A program made the position numbers and the translations under genes. From an uncultured Spirochaetota bacterium (GTDB lineage Bacteria; Spirochaetota; Brevinematia; Brevinematales; JAOACQ01), in NCBI GenBank assembly GCA_963835575.1, contig CAWIGG010000006.1:128001-192000 (forward strand): a stretch of 64,000 bases of DNA, in the 5' to 3' direction. This document shows, one piece after another, positions 27,997 through 38,850 of this stretch. The stretch's first letter is position 1; every line of letters starts with the position of its first letter. The notes under the pieces were generated by a model. The model was given only the letters and a program-made list of their open reading frames with translations. It did no database searches and was not told the origin of the DNA.

Positions 27997-29859
27997 ATGA
28001 AAAAAAGAGTGTTATTGTGTTTTTTGACTGCGATTTTAGCGCTGACAGTATTGTCAGGATGTTCGATTCAGAAAAGTATTAATGCGGATTCGGGTACCGA
28101 TTCAAATCAAACCTCGGAAATTGATACCCCTCAATTAGCTATTGTCGGCTGGACTTATCTGAACCCGGTAGCTTATTGGAGTTTTGATCAAAATGAAGGG
28201 AATTTTGTGCGGGACAACTCGGGAAGCGGAGCGGATGGAAATATTGCCGCAGGAGACGCAACCTGCGGCGTTGAAGCGGGAAAATTCGGCAGGGCGGCTT
28301 ACTTTAACAACGATACCAGGGCAGGCGACATATTGGTAAAAGACCAGCCGGGATTTCAAATCGCGAATCAGATGACAATCGCCGTATGGGTCAGACCTAT
28401 GGAAAATCCCATTGGAGGGGGTGAGAATATTCTCAACAAATGGTATGACTGGGGCGACGCTTACTGGTTCGGCTTAAATGATCAGGGGAAGATTGAGTTC
28501 GCAATCTCCTTTGAACCGGGGTTTGAAAACGATTTTAGGGTTATCTCAACCCAGCCTTTGCCGTCAGGTGAATGGACGCATTGTTCCGGGGTATATAATG
28601 GACGTGAACTTATTCTTTATATCAACGGCGTGGTGGACAGCAGAACGGTCCTTCCAAGCGCATACCAGGGAAAATCCATCAGAAAATCAAATCATGATAT
28701 TCACATCGGCAACTACCCCTATCTGGGATACAAAGGATTGAAAATGCTGCTGGATGAGCTGTGGTTTTTTAATTGTTCGTTAAGCCAATTTCAGGTAAAT
28801 AAAATTATGACAACCAGCCCTTCTCAGATAAAATGGTCCGTAAAAAATCCCGGATTCACTCCTCCAGCCGGCGTTTACAGTGGACCCGTGAATGCTGCAA
28901 TCAGTTGTGTGACATCCGGGGCAACAATCATTTATACCACGGACGGATCCACACCCTCGTCAACACATGGATTAACCTATTCAGGCCCTATTGCCATTGA
29001 AAAGAATACCACCATCAGGGCGATTGCTTTAAAGAGCGGCTGGATAGACAGCCAGGTTGTCAGCGCGAGATATATATTACTGTCGGAGCCTAAAAATTTA
29101 ACCGTGAATTTGAAAACAATGTCGTCAATAATATTAGTTTGGAATAAGCCTGACTATACCGGGTCCGGATATCCGGGATATATTGTCACATGCAAATCAT
29201 CGGACGGCAGTTACCACATAATAGCAACAAATTATGCAAATTATTTCATTATCAATAGTCTAAAATCATCCCAAAATTATATTTTTACCGTTAAAGCCGT
29301 CGATTTTTTGGGATATACATCCTCAGCGGCCTCAATATTCGTCACAACATTAAAACGTTCTTCACCCATGTTCAATTATCCGATTAGCAATGCAACGGCT
29401 TTAGGATATTTTATTGACACAGGCGCAGATCTTTACGCGCCGACAAACACCCCGTGCTATGCAATTGCAGATGGCGGAATCAGCATCTTCAGTAGACCTG
29501 CTTCAGCAAATAAGATATTGTATATAACCAATACTCCTTTCTTATGGACTGACTGCACAGGTAAAAAATTTACAATCAAAGGATATTCCTATGCTCATTT
29601 AAACGCATATAGCTCTGACTTGTATCATGCCGCGTATAGCGATAAATTTATTAAATACGGAACATTAGTAGCTTATAGCGGCGCGGCTAATAATACACCT
29701 CACCTTCATTTTACTTTTATAACCGGGGAAGAAAATTTTCATGAGATTCGCGATCCGGATAATAACTTATTGAGGCGTATTACCTGGGGTAATTATCTTA
29801 ACCGCGACCAGGTGTATGAGCTTTTAGGATTGGAATACGGCATGAATTTTACCAGATAA
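27997..29859 (+). CDS. Lipoprotein: LamG + chitobiase/Fn3-associated + FN3 + M23-like C-terminal domain
   Basis: Lipobox VLSGC; AYWSFD, EWTHCSGVY, LYING, LDEL (LamG); IIYTTDGSTPS; FN3; GADLYAPTNTPCYAIADG, YAHL, PHLHF. Confidence 0.75.
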   Translation: MKKRVLLCFLTAILALTVLSGCSIQKSINADSGTDSNQTSEIDTPQLAIVGWTYLNPVAYWSFDQNEGNFVRDNSGSGADGNIAAGDATCGVEAGKFGRAAYFNNDTRAGDILVKDQPGFQIANQMTIAVWVRPMENPIGGGENILNKWYDWGDAYWFGLNDQGKIEFAISFEPGFENDFRVISTQPLPSGEWTHCSGVYNGRELILYINGVVDSRTVLPSAYQGKSIRKSNHDIHIGNYPYLGYKGLKMLLDELWFFNCSLSQFQVNKIMTTSPSQIKWSVKNPGFTPPAGVYSGPVNAAISCVTSGATIIYTTDGSTPSSTHGLTYSGPIAIEKNTTIRAIALKSGWIDSQVVSARYILLSEPKNLTVNLKTMSSIILVWNKPDYTGSGYPGYIVTCKSSDGSYHIIATNYANYFIINSLKSSQNYIFTVKAVDFLGYTSSAASIFVTTLKRSSPMFNYPISNATALGYFIDTGADLYAPTNTPCYAIADGGISIFSRPASANKILYITNTPFLWTDCTGKKFTIKGYSYAHLNAYSSDLYHAAYSDKFIKYGTLVAYSGAANNTPHLHFTFITGEENFHEIRDPDNNLLRRITWGNYLNRDQVYELLGLEYGMNFTR

Positions 29860-29966
29860 ATAAAACTTGCTGAAAAAAGATCATTTTTAGAAAGAAAATG
29901 CCGTTTCGACGGGCTCAATCCATGTATTATAAGTATCCGGCTTTACTCATGGTTGATTGCCCGAAG

Positions 29967-30103
29967 GCGGATCATTAGTGCGGTGCACCGCGGCCGGGCA
30001 TTCTTCAGCGATGGCAAGGCGATGTCCCGGGCTTGCCGGGGGAAGGGGGGAAGAGCAATGCCCGTGCCGTGCAGGACGCAGTTTCGCCCCCGCTTTGTAT
30101 CGC
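29967..30103 (-). other. Degenerate attC-like GC-rich hairpin after the LysE gene
   Basis: Nested stems TGCG/CGCA, TGCAC/GTGCA, CGGGCATT/AATGCCCG. R'' position reads ATACAAA, and there is no clean R'. Confidence 0.35.
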
Positions 30104-30108
30104 ATAAA

Positions 30109-30741
30109 TCAATGTGTAAAAAAAATGACATTAAAAGCCAAACCAATAAATAGAACACCACAGGCTTTATTTAAAATAAACGATGTTTTTTTATCCTTTC
30201 TGAGAAATCTTAAAATATCTGATGAGAATATGGCAAGTATTAAACACCAGGCAGTTCCTGTGGTAATAAACGTAAAGCCCAGGAATAAAAATGAGAATAC
30301 GCCATAATTATTGATCGGATTTATAAATTGCGGTAAAAAAGCCAGAAAAAACAACGCCACTTTAGGATTTAACAAATTGGTTAAAAAACCCTGACTGAAT
30401 ATCTTGAAATCACTCATTCTATTTTTATTAATCACATTATCTTGAAATAAATCAGAGCTGCTTATAATAGTTTTTATGCCCAAGTAAATTAAATACGCGG
30501 CGCCTGAATATTTAATAATATTAAAAGCTAATGGAGAAACCTTTAATAATGCGGCTAATCCAAGAGCGGTAATTACATTATAACATGACGCACCGGCGCA
30601 AATACCAAGAACAGATAAAATACCGGCTTTTTTTCCTTGAGCGATACTTCTGCCGACAATATAAATAGTATCCTGGCCCGGTGTGATATTTAATAATATT
30701 CCTGCAAGCAAAAAAGCAATATAATTTTGAGTGCCAAACAT
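30109..30741 (-). CDS. LysE-family translocator
   Basis: ITPGQDT, GAAYLIYLG, QGFLTNLLNPKVALFFLAFLPQF. Confidence 0.92.
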   Translation of the reverse strand: MFGTQNYIAFLLAGILLNITPGQDTIYIVGRSIAQGKKAGILSVLGICAGASCYNVITALGLAALLKVSPLAFNIIKYSGAAYLIYLGIKTIISSSDLFQDNVINKNRMSDFKIFSQGFLTNLLNPKVALFFLAFLPQFINPINNYGVFSFLFLGFTFITTGTAWCLILAIFSSDILRFLRKDKKTSFILNKACGVLFIGLAFNVIFFTH

Positions 30742-30789
30742 AAAAACCTCTAAAAAATCGCGGTCAAAATGCCGGCGCAAAGCGGCCGC

Positions 30790-31359
30790 TTAAAGCCTTA
30801 GTTTTTTACTAATTTTTAGTACATTTTCACCCAATATCTCAGCCTGTTTTAATCTTTTTTCCTGTTTTAAAATATCGCCGGGCTCGGACGCGACAGCCGT
30901 CACGCCGTTTAATTCGCCGGGGACGCAGATCATGCCGCATGACAGCATCCAGTTATAAATCGCGTTTATTGTTATCGTCTGGCCGCCGCTGCTTCCGCGT
31001 CCGACCGCCATGGCGCCGCCGGCTTTTCCCCGCAGCGGTCTTTTCATGGAAACTCCATAATGCCTGTCCAATACCGACATCAATTGCGAACTGATGTTCC
31101 GCGAGTAAACCGGACTTGCCACAATTATCGCGTCGCACCAGTCAAACGCGTCATAAAAATAATGCATATCATCTTCAATCCGGCATTTTCCTTCAGCCCG
31201 GCATGTTTCGCATCCGTCACATGGCCCAACTTTCAACTCGCTCATTTTCAAATGCTTTGTTTCCCATCCGTCTTTTTTGAATGGGTTCAGCGCATAATCA
31301 ATCAATACGGCGCTGTTCCCATTTACCCGCGGCGTTCCTGAAATTCCTAAAACATTCAT
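30790..31359 (-). CDS. Flavodoxin-family iron-sulfur flavoprotein
   Basis: GISGTPRVNGNS, CDGCETC-x5-C, ASPVY. Confidence 0.88.
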   Translation of the reverse strand: MNVLGISGTPRVNGNSAVLIDYALNPFKKDGWETKHLKMSELKVGPCDGCETCRAEGKCRIEDDMHYFYDAFDWCDAIIVASPVYSRNISSQLMSVLDRHYGVSMKRPLRGKAGGAMAVGRGSSGGQTITINAIYNWMLSCGMICVPGELNGVTAVASEPGDILKQEKRLKQAEILGENVLKISKKLRL

Positions 31360-31478
31360 TTTTTACCTTCTATATATAATACTTGTTACAAACATAATAC
31401 TTTAATATAAATATTCTGTAAAATCAAGCGGGGAATTAAGCATGATAAAATAGAATTGATTCCGGCAAACCGGTTTAT

Positions 31479-31507
31479 TTGACTATAGCCAGCCTGCTGG
31501 TTATATT
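31479..31507 (+). promoter_or_regulatory. Sigma70-like promoter
   Basis: TTGACT-N17-TATATT upstream of the GGAGG RBS at the 31554 start. Confidence 0.55.
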
Positions 31508-31553
31508 ACAAACTGATAATTATTATTGTTAATCAATATTATGGAGGCTTTCC

Positions 31554-32595
31554 ATGAAAAATACTATTTCCATTGTCTTCTGCCTGGCCCTGTTCTTTTA
31601 TGCCGCAGGGCTCAATGCTCAAACTAATATCCCGGGATATAAAATAGCCAACCGTTTTCAAATAGAAGGCGGCGGCGGCTGGGACGCACTGACAGTTGAC
31701 AGCGCAAGCGGCAGGGTTTTCCTCTCCCATGGAACCATGGTGCAGGTCCTGGATGAAAAATCCGGAAAGCTGATAGGTACTATTTCCGGAACGCAGGGAG
31801 TCCACGGGATCGCGCTGGCCCCGGATTTCAACAAAGGGTTCACCAGCGACGGCAGGGATAACACCGTCACGGTTTTCAATCTAAAAACACTGGAAATAAT
31901 CGAAAAGATTCCCGTTACCGGCAGCAATCCAGACGCGATCTTCTATGACACATTTTCTCATCTGGTTTTCGTCTTTAACGGCAGAAGCTCAAACGCGACA
32001 GTGATCAACACGAAAGATGACAAGATAACCGCGACAATTCCTCTCGCCGGAAAACCCGAATTTTCGGCATCCGATGAAAATGGGTCCGTTTATGTCAATA
32101 TTGAAGACAAAAATTCGGTATCTGTCATTGACACAAAAACTCTGAGGGTGATAAAAAACTACCCCTTGACGCCGGGTGAAGAACCGACCGGCATTGCCGT
32201 CGATAATGAAAACCACCGTCTGTTCGTCAGCTGCAATAATAAACTCATGGTCATCATGAACACGCAAAACGGAAAGATCATTACAGCTTTACCGATCGGC
32301 GGGCATGTTGACGGGGCCGCATTCGACCCCGGTTTGAAATTGGCCTTTGCATCCAGCGGGGACGGCACTTTAACGGTCATTCAGGAGTTGAGTAAAGATA
32401 TTTTTAAAGTTCCTTGACAACGCGGCGACCCGGAAAGGCGCCAGGACCATCGCGATCGATACAAATACGCACCATCTATTTCTGCCGACGGCCGAATTCG
32501 GCCCGGCCCCAAAACCGACCGCCGAAAATCCAAGGCCGAGGCCGGTCATCAAGCCCGGAAGCTTTGTCATATTAGACATGGCTCCTGTAAATTAA
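31554..32595 (+). CDS. YncE-family beta-propeller protein (one frameshift near 32412)
   Basis: GGGGWDAL, GVHGIALA, NPDAI, GKPEF. C-terminus LDNAATRKGARTIAID...PGSFVIL continues in another frame. Confidence 0.8.
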
Positions 32596-32604
32596 TCCGG
32601 ATAA

Positions 32605-33048
32605 TTAAAAAAGAGAAACTATAACAGCCCAGGCGGCCCCCCAGATGACGCCGCTTATGACTTCAGCTATTGAATGCCCCTTGAATTGAGGGATTTTATC
32701 CCGGATAGGTTGATGAAGCTCTGACATGAGCTGTCGAGTGAGATTGAGATTGATTTCTATTACTCTCCGCATTTTCATGTTGTCATAGACAAAAATCCCG
32801 GCTAAAACGGCTGACAGGGCGAAAAGAGGGGTATTCCAGCCATCGTTTAATCCGATTGCCGCCGTCACAGCGACGATAAACGCGGTATGGGCCGACGGAA
32901 AACCGCCATAATCTGCGATTTTTCTTATATCCGGGGGTTTTTTATTGAAAACGGGTAAAAAAACTTTAATGATCTGCGAACTCACTTGCGCGATTATCGC
33001 CGCTAAAAAAGGCTTGGATGCCAGCACTTCCCAGATTTTTATATTCAT
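32605..33048 (-). CDS. Divergent PAP2 family protein (DUF212)
   Basis: GGFPSAHTA, VYD, GHSIAEVISG. Confidence 0.88.
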   Translation of the reverse strand: MNIKIWEVLASKPFLAAIIAQVSSQIIKVFLPVFNKKPPDIRKIADYGGFPSAHTAFIVAVTAAIGLNDGWNTPLFALSAVLAGIFVYDNMKMRRVIEINLNLTRQLMSELHQPIRDKIPQFKGHSIAEVISGVIWGAAWAVIVSLF

Positions 33049-33093
33049 ATGTTCTCCTGTATTGTGACGTTAAAGCCTGAAAAACTATACTGT

Positions 33094-34377
33094 TTAATGA
33101 GCTGTCCCAGATAAATCATAAGGCCCATTATAAATTTCATAGATATTAGAATTTCCTTTTGCGCCTTTATTGATCAGCAGGTGAATTATAGAGTCGTCAT
33201 AACCTTTTATTACGGCCATATCCAGCGGTCTGATTCCGCCATTGAATTTATATCCGGAGTCAATTACAGCCAAAGAAAACTCTTTAGTCATTCTATTTAA
33301 ATTTTTAGATTTGTTAATTATCTTTTTTATTAATTCATTATCCAGTTTATGATACAAAGCCCAATGAAGAATGGTCCATCCTTCAGGACGCTCAATATCA
33401 AAACTTGCTGTTTTATCAATTAAAAAAGCTATGTTATTTGACTTAATGCCGCAATACATCAGGTCCAAAGGACTTTCTGAAGTTCCAAACCTTTTAAATA
33501 AATAATATAATAAAATTTCTCCAAAAAGATTGTTTTCTTGAGGGTTAAGAATATTGTCTTTATATATATCATAAAATAAATAGACAGGCTGCATTGTTTT
33601 AAAAGCGCATAAAAAATAGAAATTATTGGTATAAAATGATTCGCTCTTTAAAACCGGGGCCGGCATATTAGTGAGCATAATATTATAGATTGTGTTTATT
33701 TTATTCTCATCGGATTGAAGGCCTTCGACGGCATAATGTCTGGTCATTGAATAAAAGAATGTTTCCTTATTATTAAAAGATAATAATGCAAATAATTTAT
33801 AAAAATTCACCTCGTCTAAAGACAATAAAGTATCCATTGAAATTGCATCATTTGAAATCATATAATCCAAGAAATTTGTGTAATTGAAATTGATTGAATC
33901 AATTAAATAACTGTTTGTATGATAGTCATACCCTAATTCGTTTATTAAATAAATGTATATGGAAAAATATTTTCCGTTAAAATAAGAAGAAATCCTATTA
34001 TCGTATAAATTAAATGCCAGATAAAAATTTGCGCCTCTTTCTACCAGATACTTATATGTTTCCTTGTTTTCATTTGTGAAAGCGACAAAAAGCGGATAAT
34101 ATCCATTTGTGTCAGGCAAATTGACATTGCCTCCATTTGTAAATAAAAATTCAATAATGTTTAAATTGTTTTTTTGCAGCGATAATGCAAATGGCGAGCA
34201 ATATTGCTTATATGGAATATCATTTATTATCTTATACTTCTCTTTCATGGAAAACCCGGATAAATAATTAGTTGTATTATTATAATCATTCTTCTGTATA
34301 TAATTCATTAAGTCAGAAGATTTATTACAGCTTGAAAATAAAATAAAAATCAGAACAACCCGGATTTTTATATTCAT
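33094..34377 (-). CDS. AT-rich ankyrin-repeat lipoprotein, cassette-like
   Basis: AAGGAG RBS, lipobox-like FSSC, GYYPLFVA / GWTILHWA / RPLDMA repeats. Confidence 0.7.
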   Translation of the reverse strand: MNIKIRVVLIFILFSSCNKSSDLMNYIQKNDYNNTTNYLSGFSMKEKYKIINDIPYKQYCSPFALSLQKNNLNIIEFLFTNGGNVNLPDTNGYYPLFVAFTNENKETYKYLVERGANFYLAFNLYDNRISSYFNGKYFSIYIYLINELGYDYHTNSYLIDSINFNYTNFLDYMISNDAISMDTLLSLDEVNFYKLFALLSFNNKETFFYSMTRHYAVEGLQSDENKINTIYNIMLTNMPAPVLKSESFYTNNFYFLCAFKTMQPVYLFYDIYKDNILNPQENNLFGEILLYYLFKRFGTSESPLDLMYCGIKSNNIAFLIDKTASFDIERPEGWTILHWALYHKLDNELIKKIINKSKNLNRMTKEFSLAVIDSGYKFNGGIRPLDMAVIKGYDDSIIHLLINKGAKGNSNIYEIYNGPYDLSGTAH

Positions 34378-34422
34378 ATGAACTCCTTTATTTTGAATTT
34401 CAAGTATTAATAACCAATTTTC

Positions 34423-34536
34423 GCTTAGCAAAGCATGCGAAGTTCAGCCAAAACTTGATTCAATTAACACATCGCTTGCAGAGCGTGTAGAATCGCAGTT
34501 AGCGGTGACTAACACAGCATAAAGCAGCTGTTAAGC
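34423..34536 (-). other. Degenerate attC site
   Basis: R'' GCTTAAC 8 bp after the stop codon, followed by AGCTGCTTTATGCTG...CTTCGCAT; R' has decayed to GCTAAGC. Confidence 0.5.
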
Positions 34537-34544
34537 ACCGTTAC

Positions 34545-35375
34545 TTATTTTTCTGAATCTATCACTCTTTCCAGCCAGTCTTTTGTCAGGCAGTTAAATA
34601 ATTCCGGCTGTTCTATCTCAAGATTATGACCGGCTTTATCAAGAACAACAAAGGATGCTCTCGGATAATTCTCCAGGAAATCCCATGAATCAATATACCC
34701 CACGACAGAGTCCTGTTTTCCCATGATTATTAAAACCGGTTTATCTAATGGCTGTCCCAGGCGATCAACATCAAAAGTATAAGCCGCTTTTTTCCCCCAA
34801 TGATTGTTAATAAAGGTATTATCCGCGATTCTCAGTCCGGGCAATACTGATTCTTTATATCTCATCCATACTTTTTTTGTCTGGATAACCGAATTAATTG
34901 ATTCAAAATATGATCTTTCTTCATCAGACAGAATCTCACTGAGAGAATCGTCTTTTTCTAAAACGCTGAATACAGGTGCGTTTTTATATTGTGTTTCATG
35001 CCTGGCCAATGGGCAGACAAGAAGTAACCCTTTAACCATACGCTGTTTTTTCTGCACGATGCCTCTTGCCAGATACCCTCCATATGATTTTCCGGCTATA
35101 AGGAAAGGCTGATCCGGAATGACCCCTTCAATAAAATCAATTACCAGCTCCAGCATTCTATCTGCGTTTGACAGCCATTCATTTCCTTTCGTTTTTCCCA
35201 TTCCCGGCAGATCAAAATAAATCCTTCTGAAAATTCCATCATATCCTGTAAACAGCGGTTCCATGCACTCTTTCAGGGACCGGTGATCCAGGCCCCATCC
35301 ATGAATCATAATTATTGGCAAACCGGAACCGATAGATTCATAATAAATATTCATTCCATGCGATTGATATTCCAT
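34545..35375 (-). CDS. Alpha/beta hydrolase
   Basis: IHGWG, FDLPGMGKT, GKSYGG, GKQDSVVG, AGHNL. Confidence 0.88.
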   Translation of the reverse strand: MEYQSHGMNIYYESIGSGLPIIMIHGWGLDHRSLKECMEPLFTGYDGIFRRIYFDLPGMGKTKGNEWLSNADRMLELVIDFIEGVIPDQPFLIAGKSYGGYLARGIVQKKQRMVKGLLLVCPLARHETQYKNAPVFSVLEKDDSLSEILSDEERSYFESINSVIQTKKVWMRYKESVLPGLRIADNTFINNHWGKKAAYTFDVDRLGQPLDKPVLIIMGKQDSVVGYIDSWDFLENYPRASFVVLDKAGHNLEIEQPELFNCLTKDWLERVIDSEK

Positions 35376-35494
35376 AAATTCCCCTCTTTGAAATAATTTA
35401 AAACTTCCGGCGTCAAACGGCTGCGGCAAAACGGCGTTTACCGTCCCGTCAGGAAGCCGGGTATTGTGTCATTACATCCATATCTAAATAATAA

Positions 35495-36433
35495 CTACTG
35501 CATTTCAAATACTTTTCTTATTGCAGGGACAGGAAGGCCGGACTTTTCAACCAAAACCTCAAGTTCTTTGGCAAGGCAATTCATTTCATCCGGCGCCTGA
35601 GATACATGATATGCCAATCCAACTTCACCTAATTTTGAAGAAAGTAAAGCCCGGAATCCCGTGGCTATAATAAAACGTGGAAGAAATTTAATTATGTTTT
35701 GGCTTTTTGGAACTATTCGATATCCAAGAGCTTGAAGAACTTTAAATGATTCACGCATCGCATCTACAAAAAGATTGAGGTCTTGAGTACTTTTGGCTAA
35801 AGTTTTAATATCAAGTCCATACTTTATTGTAAGTTTGGCAATGAGCGGAACGCCCACGGCATGTGTGGCAAGAAAATCTAAAATACAATTTGAGGCTTTC
35901 GCTTTGAAACCTCCTTTACGTATGATATTTATAAGCCGGGTAAGTCTTGGTGTTATAGTCCCATTTATCTCGCCAAACGGCACTGCGATTGATGTAGATA
36001 TCATGGCTTTTATGACACTACCTTCTCTTTTACCTGCTCCAAAAACAAAGCCCATCAAAACACGTTCTTGACCCAATGCTTTAGTATATTCATCCGGTCC
36101 TGCGAGGTTATTTATCATAAAAACTATGTTTGGAGATTTATTTTCAGCTAAAATCGGTAATAATTCTGATACTTGGTTCTTCCGTATGACAACAAAGATA
36201 TAGTCATAAATGTCTTCTGAGTTCAGTTTGTTGATAACGGGCACTTTAGTAACACTACGCTTTTTGTTAAATGGATTTTCAATAATGATTCCATCTTCAC
36301 GGATTTCATCGAAACGCTTTCCTCTTGCAAGTATGGTGACATTTATTCCACCTTTATACAGAACAGAAGCACATGCTGATCCATTCACACCAGCGCCTAT
36401 AACAAGTATTCTTGCATTATCGGTTCTCATCAT
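35495..36433 (-). CDS. Ketopantoate reductase family protein
   Basis: ILVIGAGVNGS, LARGKR, YDYIFVVIR, THA. Confidence 0.8.
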   Translation of the reverse strand: MMRTDNARILVIGAGVNGSACASVLYKGGINVTILARGKRFDEIREDGIIIENPFNKKRSVTKVPVINKLNSEDIYDYIFVVIRKNQVSELLPILAENKSPNIVFMINNLAGPDEYTKALGQERVLMGFVFGAGKREGSVIKAMISTSIAVPFGEINGTITPRLTRLINIIRKGGFKAKASNCILDFLATHAVGVPLIAKLTIKYGLDIKTLAKSTQDLNLFVDAMRESFKVLQALGYRIVPKSQNIIKFLPRFIIATGFRALLSSKLGEVGLAYHVSQAPDEMNCLAKELEVLVEKSGLPVPAIRKVFEMQ

Positions 36434-36746
36434 AATGCTCCCTGCAAATTTATTTTTAATATTTAAAATAAAATTATACACCCTTTGAAGCATAAAAATC
36501 CAAAATTATAAAATTATTCTTAATTTTTGAGCCTTTACAGTTTATGTACTCTGATTCACAGTCTGGATCAGTACTCATCCTGGTCCCCGCACAATTTTTT
36601 TATTTTATTATTTTTCTTCATCATCGTCCCCCGGCGGTTTTTTCCTGCCTAGGCCGGAGTTTATTTTTCATTTTCAAATCCTCCTTGCCTTTACCAGCCG
36701 GCACGGATGCCGGCGTTTGAGGGCCTCATTGTCGCTTTTCCCTTGA

Positions 36747-36805
36747 ACTCCAAAAATTTCCGGTTTACCCCAGTGCGATGGCAACTACCCGGAAATTTTT
36801 GGAGT
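36747..36805. repeat. 59-bp inverted-repeat element
   Basis: Perfect 17-bp arms ACTCCAAAAATTTCCGG / CCGGAAATTTTTGGAGT. Confidence 0.7.
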
Positions 36806-36929
36806 GATTCTAACTTCCGCCAGCAGGATGCCAGTTTGGCCCGATTAGAAAAAATGAAAGATAAACTCCGGCCCCTGCTCTACCGGGGGACAATCCTGCT
36901 GCCGATGCGGCGTAGCCGCATCGTGCCCT

Positions 36930-37598
36930 TCACCTGTGCTTCGTCACCCCGATCTTCGGGCAGTATGTTTCAACAGGGCATTCGGAGCAAAGCGGCGATA
37001 CCGGCCTGCAGATCGTCTGGCCGAAGGCGACAAGGATGTCGTTATACTCGATCCACCATTCCAGGGGCAGTTTTTCACGCAGTCTGAATTCAGTTTCATC
37101 CGGCCATTTCGTTTTGACATAACCCCAGCGGTTTGATATCCGGTGTACATGCGTGTCCACGCATATCCCCGGCTTATTATAGCCCAGGGTGATGACAAGG
37201 TTCGCCGTTTTCCTGCCGACGCCGGGAAGTTTGAGAAGCTCGTCCAGATCGTCCGGCACTTTTGAATGGTACTCTCCGATGAGTATCCTCGATATCTGAA
37301 TGATCCTCGCCGCTTTCACTTTATAGAAACCGACGGGATAAATAAGTTTTTTTATTTTTTCTTCCGGAAGCAGGATCATTTCCTGCGGAGTTTTTGCCTC
37401 ATCGAAAAGTCTTCTGACAGCTCCGGCCGTCGTCTCATCCTTAGTCCGGAGGCTTAACAGAGTTGAAATCAGGATTTTATAAGGCGTCCCCCGGGAATTT
37501 TTAACATATGTGACGATGGGAGCATGCCATGAAGGGTACTCCTTTTTTAAAATGGAAAGCATTTCCGTTACAGTATCTGTTGAAGTCATGCCGCGCAT
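36930..37598 (-). CDS. nth: Endonuclease III
   Basis: [17 protein letters not shown] (HhH), [17 protein letters not shown]-x6-C-x2-C-x5-C. Confidence 0.93.
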   Translation of the reverse strand: MRGMTSTDTVTEMLSILKKEYPSWHAPIVTYVKNSRGTPYKILISTLLSLRTKDETTAGAVRRLFDEAKTPQEMILLPEEKIKKLIYPVGFYKVKAARIIQISRILIGEYHSKVPDDLDELLKLPGVGRKTANLVITLGYNKPGICVDTHVHRISNRWGYVKTKWPDETEFRLREKLPLEWWIEYNDILVAFGQTICRPVSPLCSECPVETYCPKIGVTKHR

Positions 37599-37607
37599 AA
37601 ATTTTTC

Positions 37608-38045
37608 CTAGAGTCCATGAATGATTCTATTGAACGAGTCGATTTGATGTTCTTCCATCACCCTCTTGACCACATAACGGGTGTAATCCCCTTCAAGATC
37701 AATCTGGAGCGGGTGTTTGGCAAGCTTGTCAAATCCCCTTTCCTTTGTATTTGGTGAAAGGAATATATTGACAATCGGACGCAGTGTGAAGGGGCTGAGC
37801 CTGTGCCCGACAACATAAGCGATTTCGCCCGTGTTCAGAATGACGAATGAATTGACGGGATAGATCGGCTCTTCATTGATCTTTTTGGCCATGTCCCTTA
37901 AAAATACCTGGGCGACGGAGGGATTGAATTTTTTGCCGGAGTTTTCCATAAAGAATGTAAAGGAATCATGGAACGGGATCGGTTCTTTATAAGGCCTTCT
38001 GGAAGTCATGGCGTCAAACACATCGGCTATGGAGATGATCTGAGA
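37608..38045 (-). pseudogene. C-terminal fragment of an HD-GYP phosphodiesterase
   Basis: IISIADVFDAMTSRRPYK, GKKFNP, YPVNSFVILNTGEIA. The upstream part of the ORF is the antisense of a transposase fragment. Confidence 0.8.
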
Positions 38046-38850
38046 AAAAAGGACAATACACGATCGACGATTTTTATTATAATTCCGAAAGCGATGTTTA
38101 TATATGTAAAAATAATGAAGAACTGAGGTTTCGGTATAACTACAAAATGAAAAACATAACTTACGCGAAATATATATGCCGGTATTCGGTATGCCGTAAT
38201 TGCCCGTACCGCGGAGATTGCCTGAAAAACGATAAAACAAAATACAGGACGCTGCAGAAACCGCTGAATGCCGACAACCGTCATTACTCGGACGAGATGA
38301 AGAAATTTATAGATACCCCGGAGGGCATAAAACTTTACGGGCGAAGGATGGCGATAGTTGAGCCGGTGTTCGGTAATATCCGGTCATGCAAAGGCTTGAA
38401 CAGATTTACACTGAGAGGCAAAGAGAAATGCAATATACAATGGGTGTTATATAAGGGCAGTTCCAAAAACTAAAAAATTTATCAGATATTTCCACAACAG
38501 GTTTTGGAACTGCCCCGGTTAAAAAATTCCCTGTAAATGCAAATGGCGCTACCGTATAGAGTTCGCTGGTCGGCTTTCTTTTAAGACAGCGAACTCGAGC
38601 GGTAGCATGAATTCATACAATAGTGGCAGTTCTAAATATTTGAGTTTTTAGAACTGCCCATAATATTGTGCATAATATGGGAAAAATTCATGTGTTTGGA
38701 GGGATATGATGCCGTAAAGCAGCCGTAGCGTCGGAATTGTCGGCTGAATGAGGCTGATTCAATCAAAATAGATACGGTTTGACCGGAAAATATTTTCCCG
38801 ATTGAACAACAGGGGAATCAACATTTGAAAATGACTTTTTCTACAAACAC
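38046..38850 (+). mobile_element. 3' remnant of an IS1182-family element, interrupted by a MITE
   Basis: YGRRMAIVEPVFGNIRSCKGLNRFTLRG...QWVLY|NIVHNMGKI rejoins across the MITE; right end CTTTTTCTACAAACAC. Confidence 0.85.
38455..38659 (+). mobile_element. 205-bp triple-hairpin MITE, copy 2 (diverged)
   Basis: Same TIRs; ATAA duplicated (38451-38454, 38660-38663); removing it restores the transposase frame. Confidence 0.9.

Noticed and set aside
38046..38240. N-terminal part of the 210-aa minus-strand ORF
   Set aside because: It is the antisense of the IS1182 transposase fragment, so the ORF is a chance chimera.
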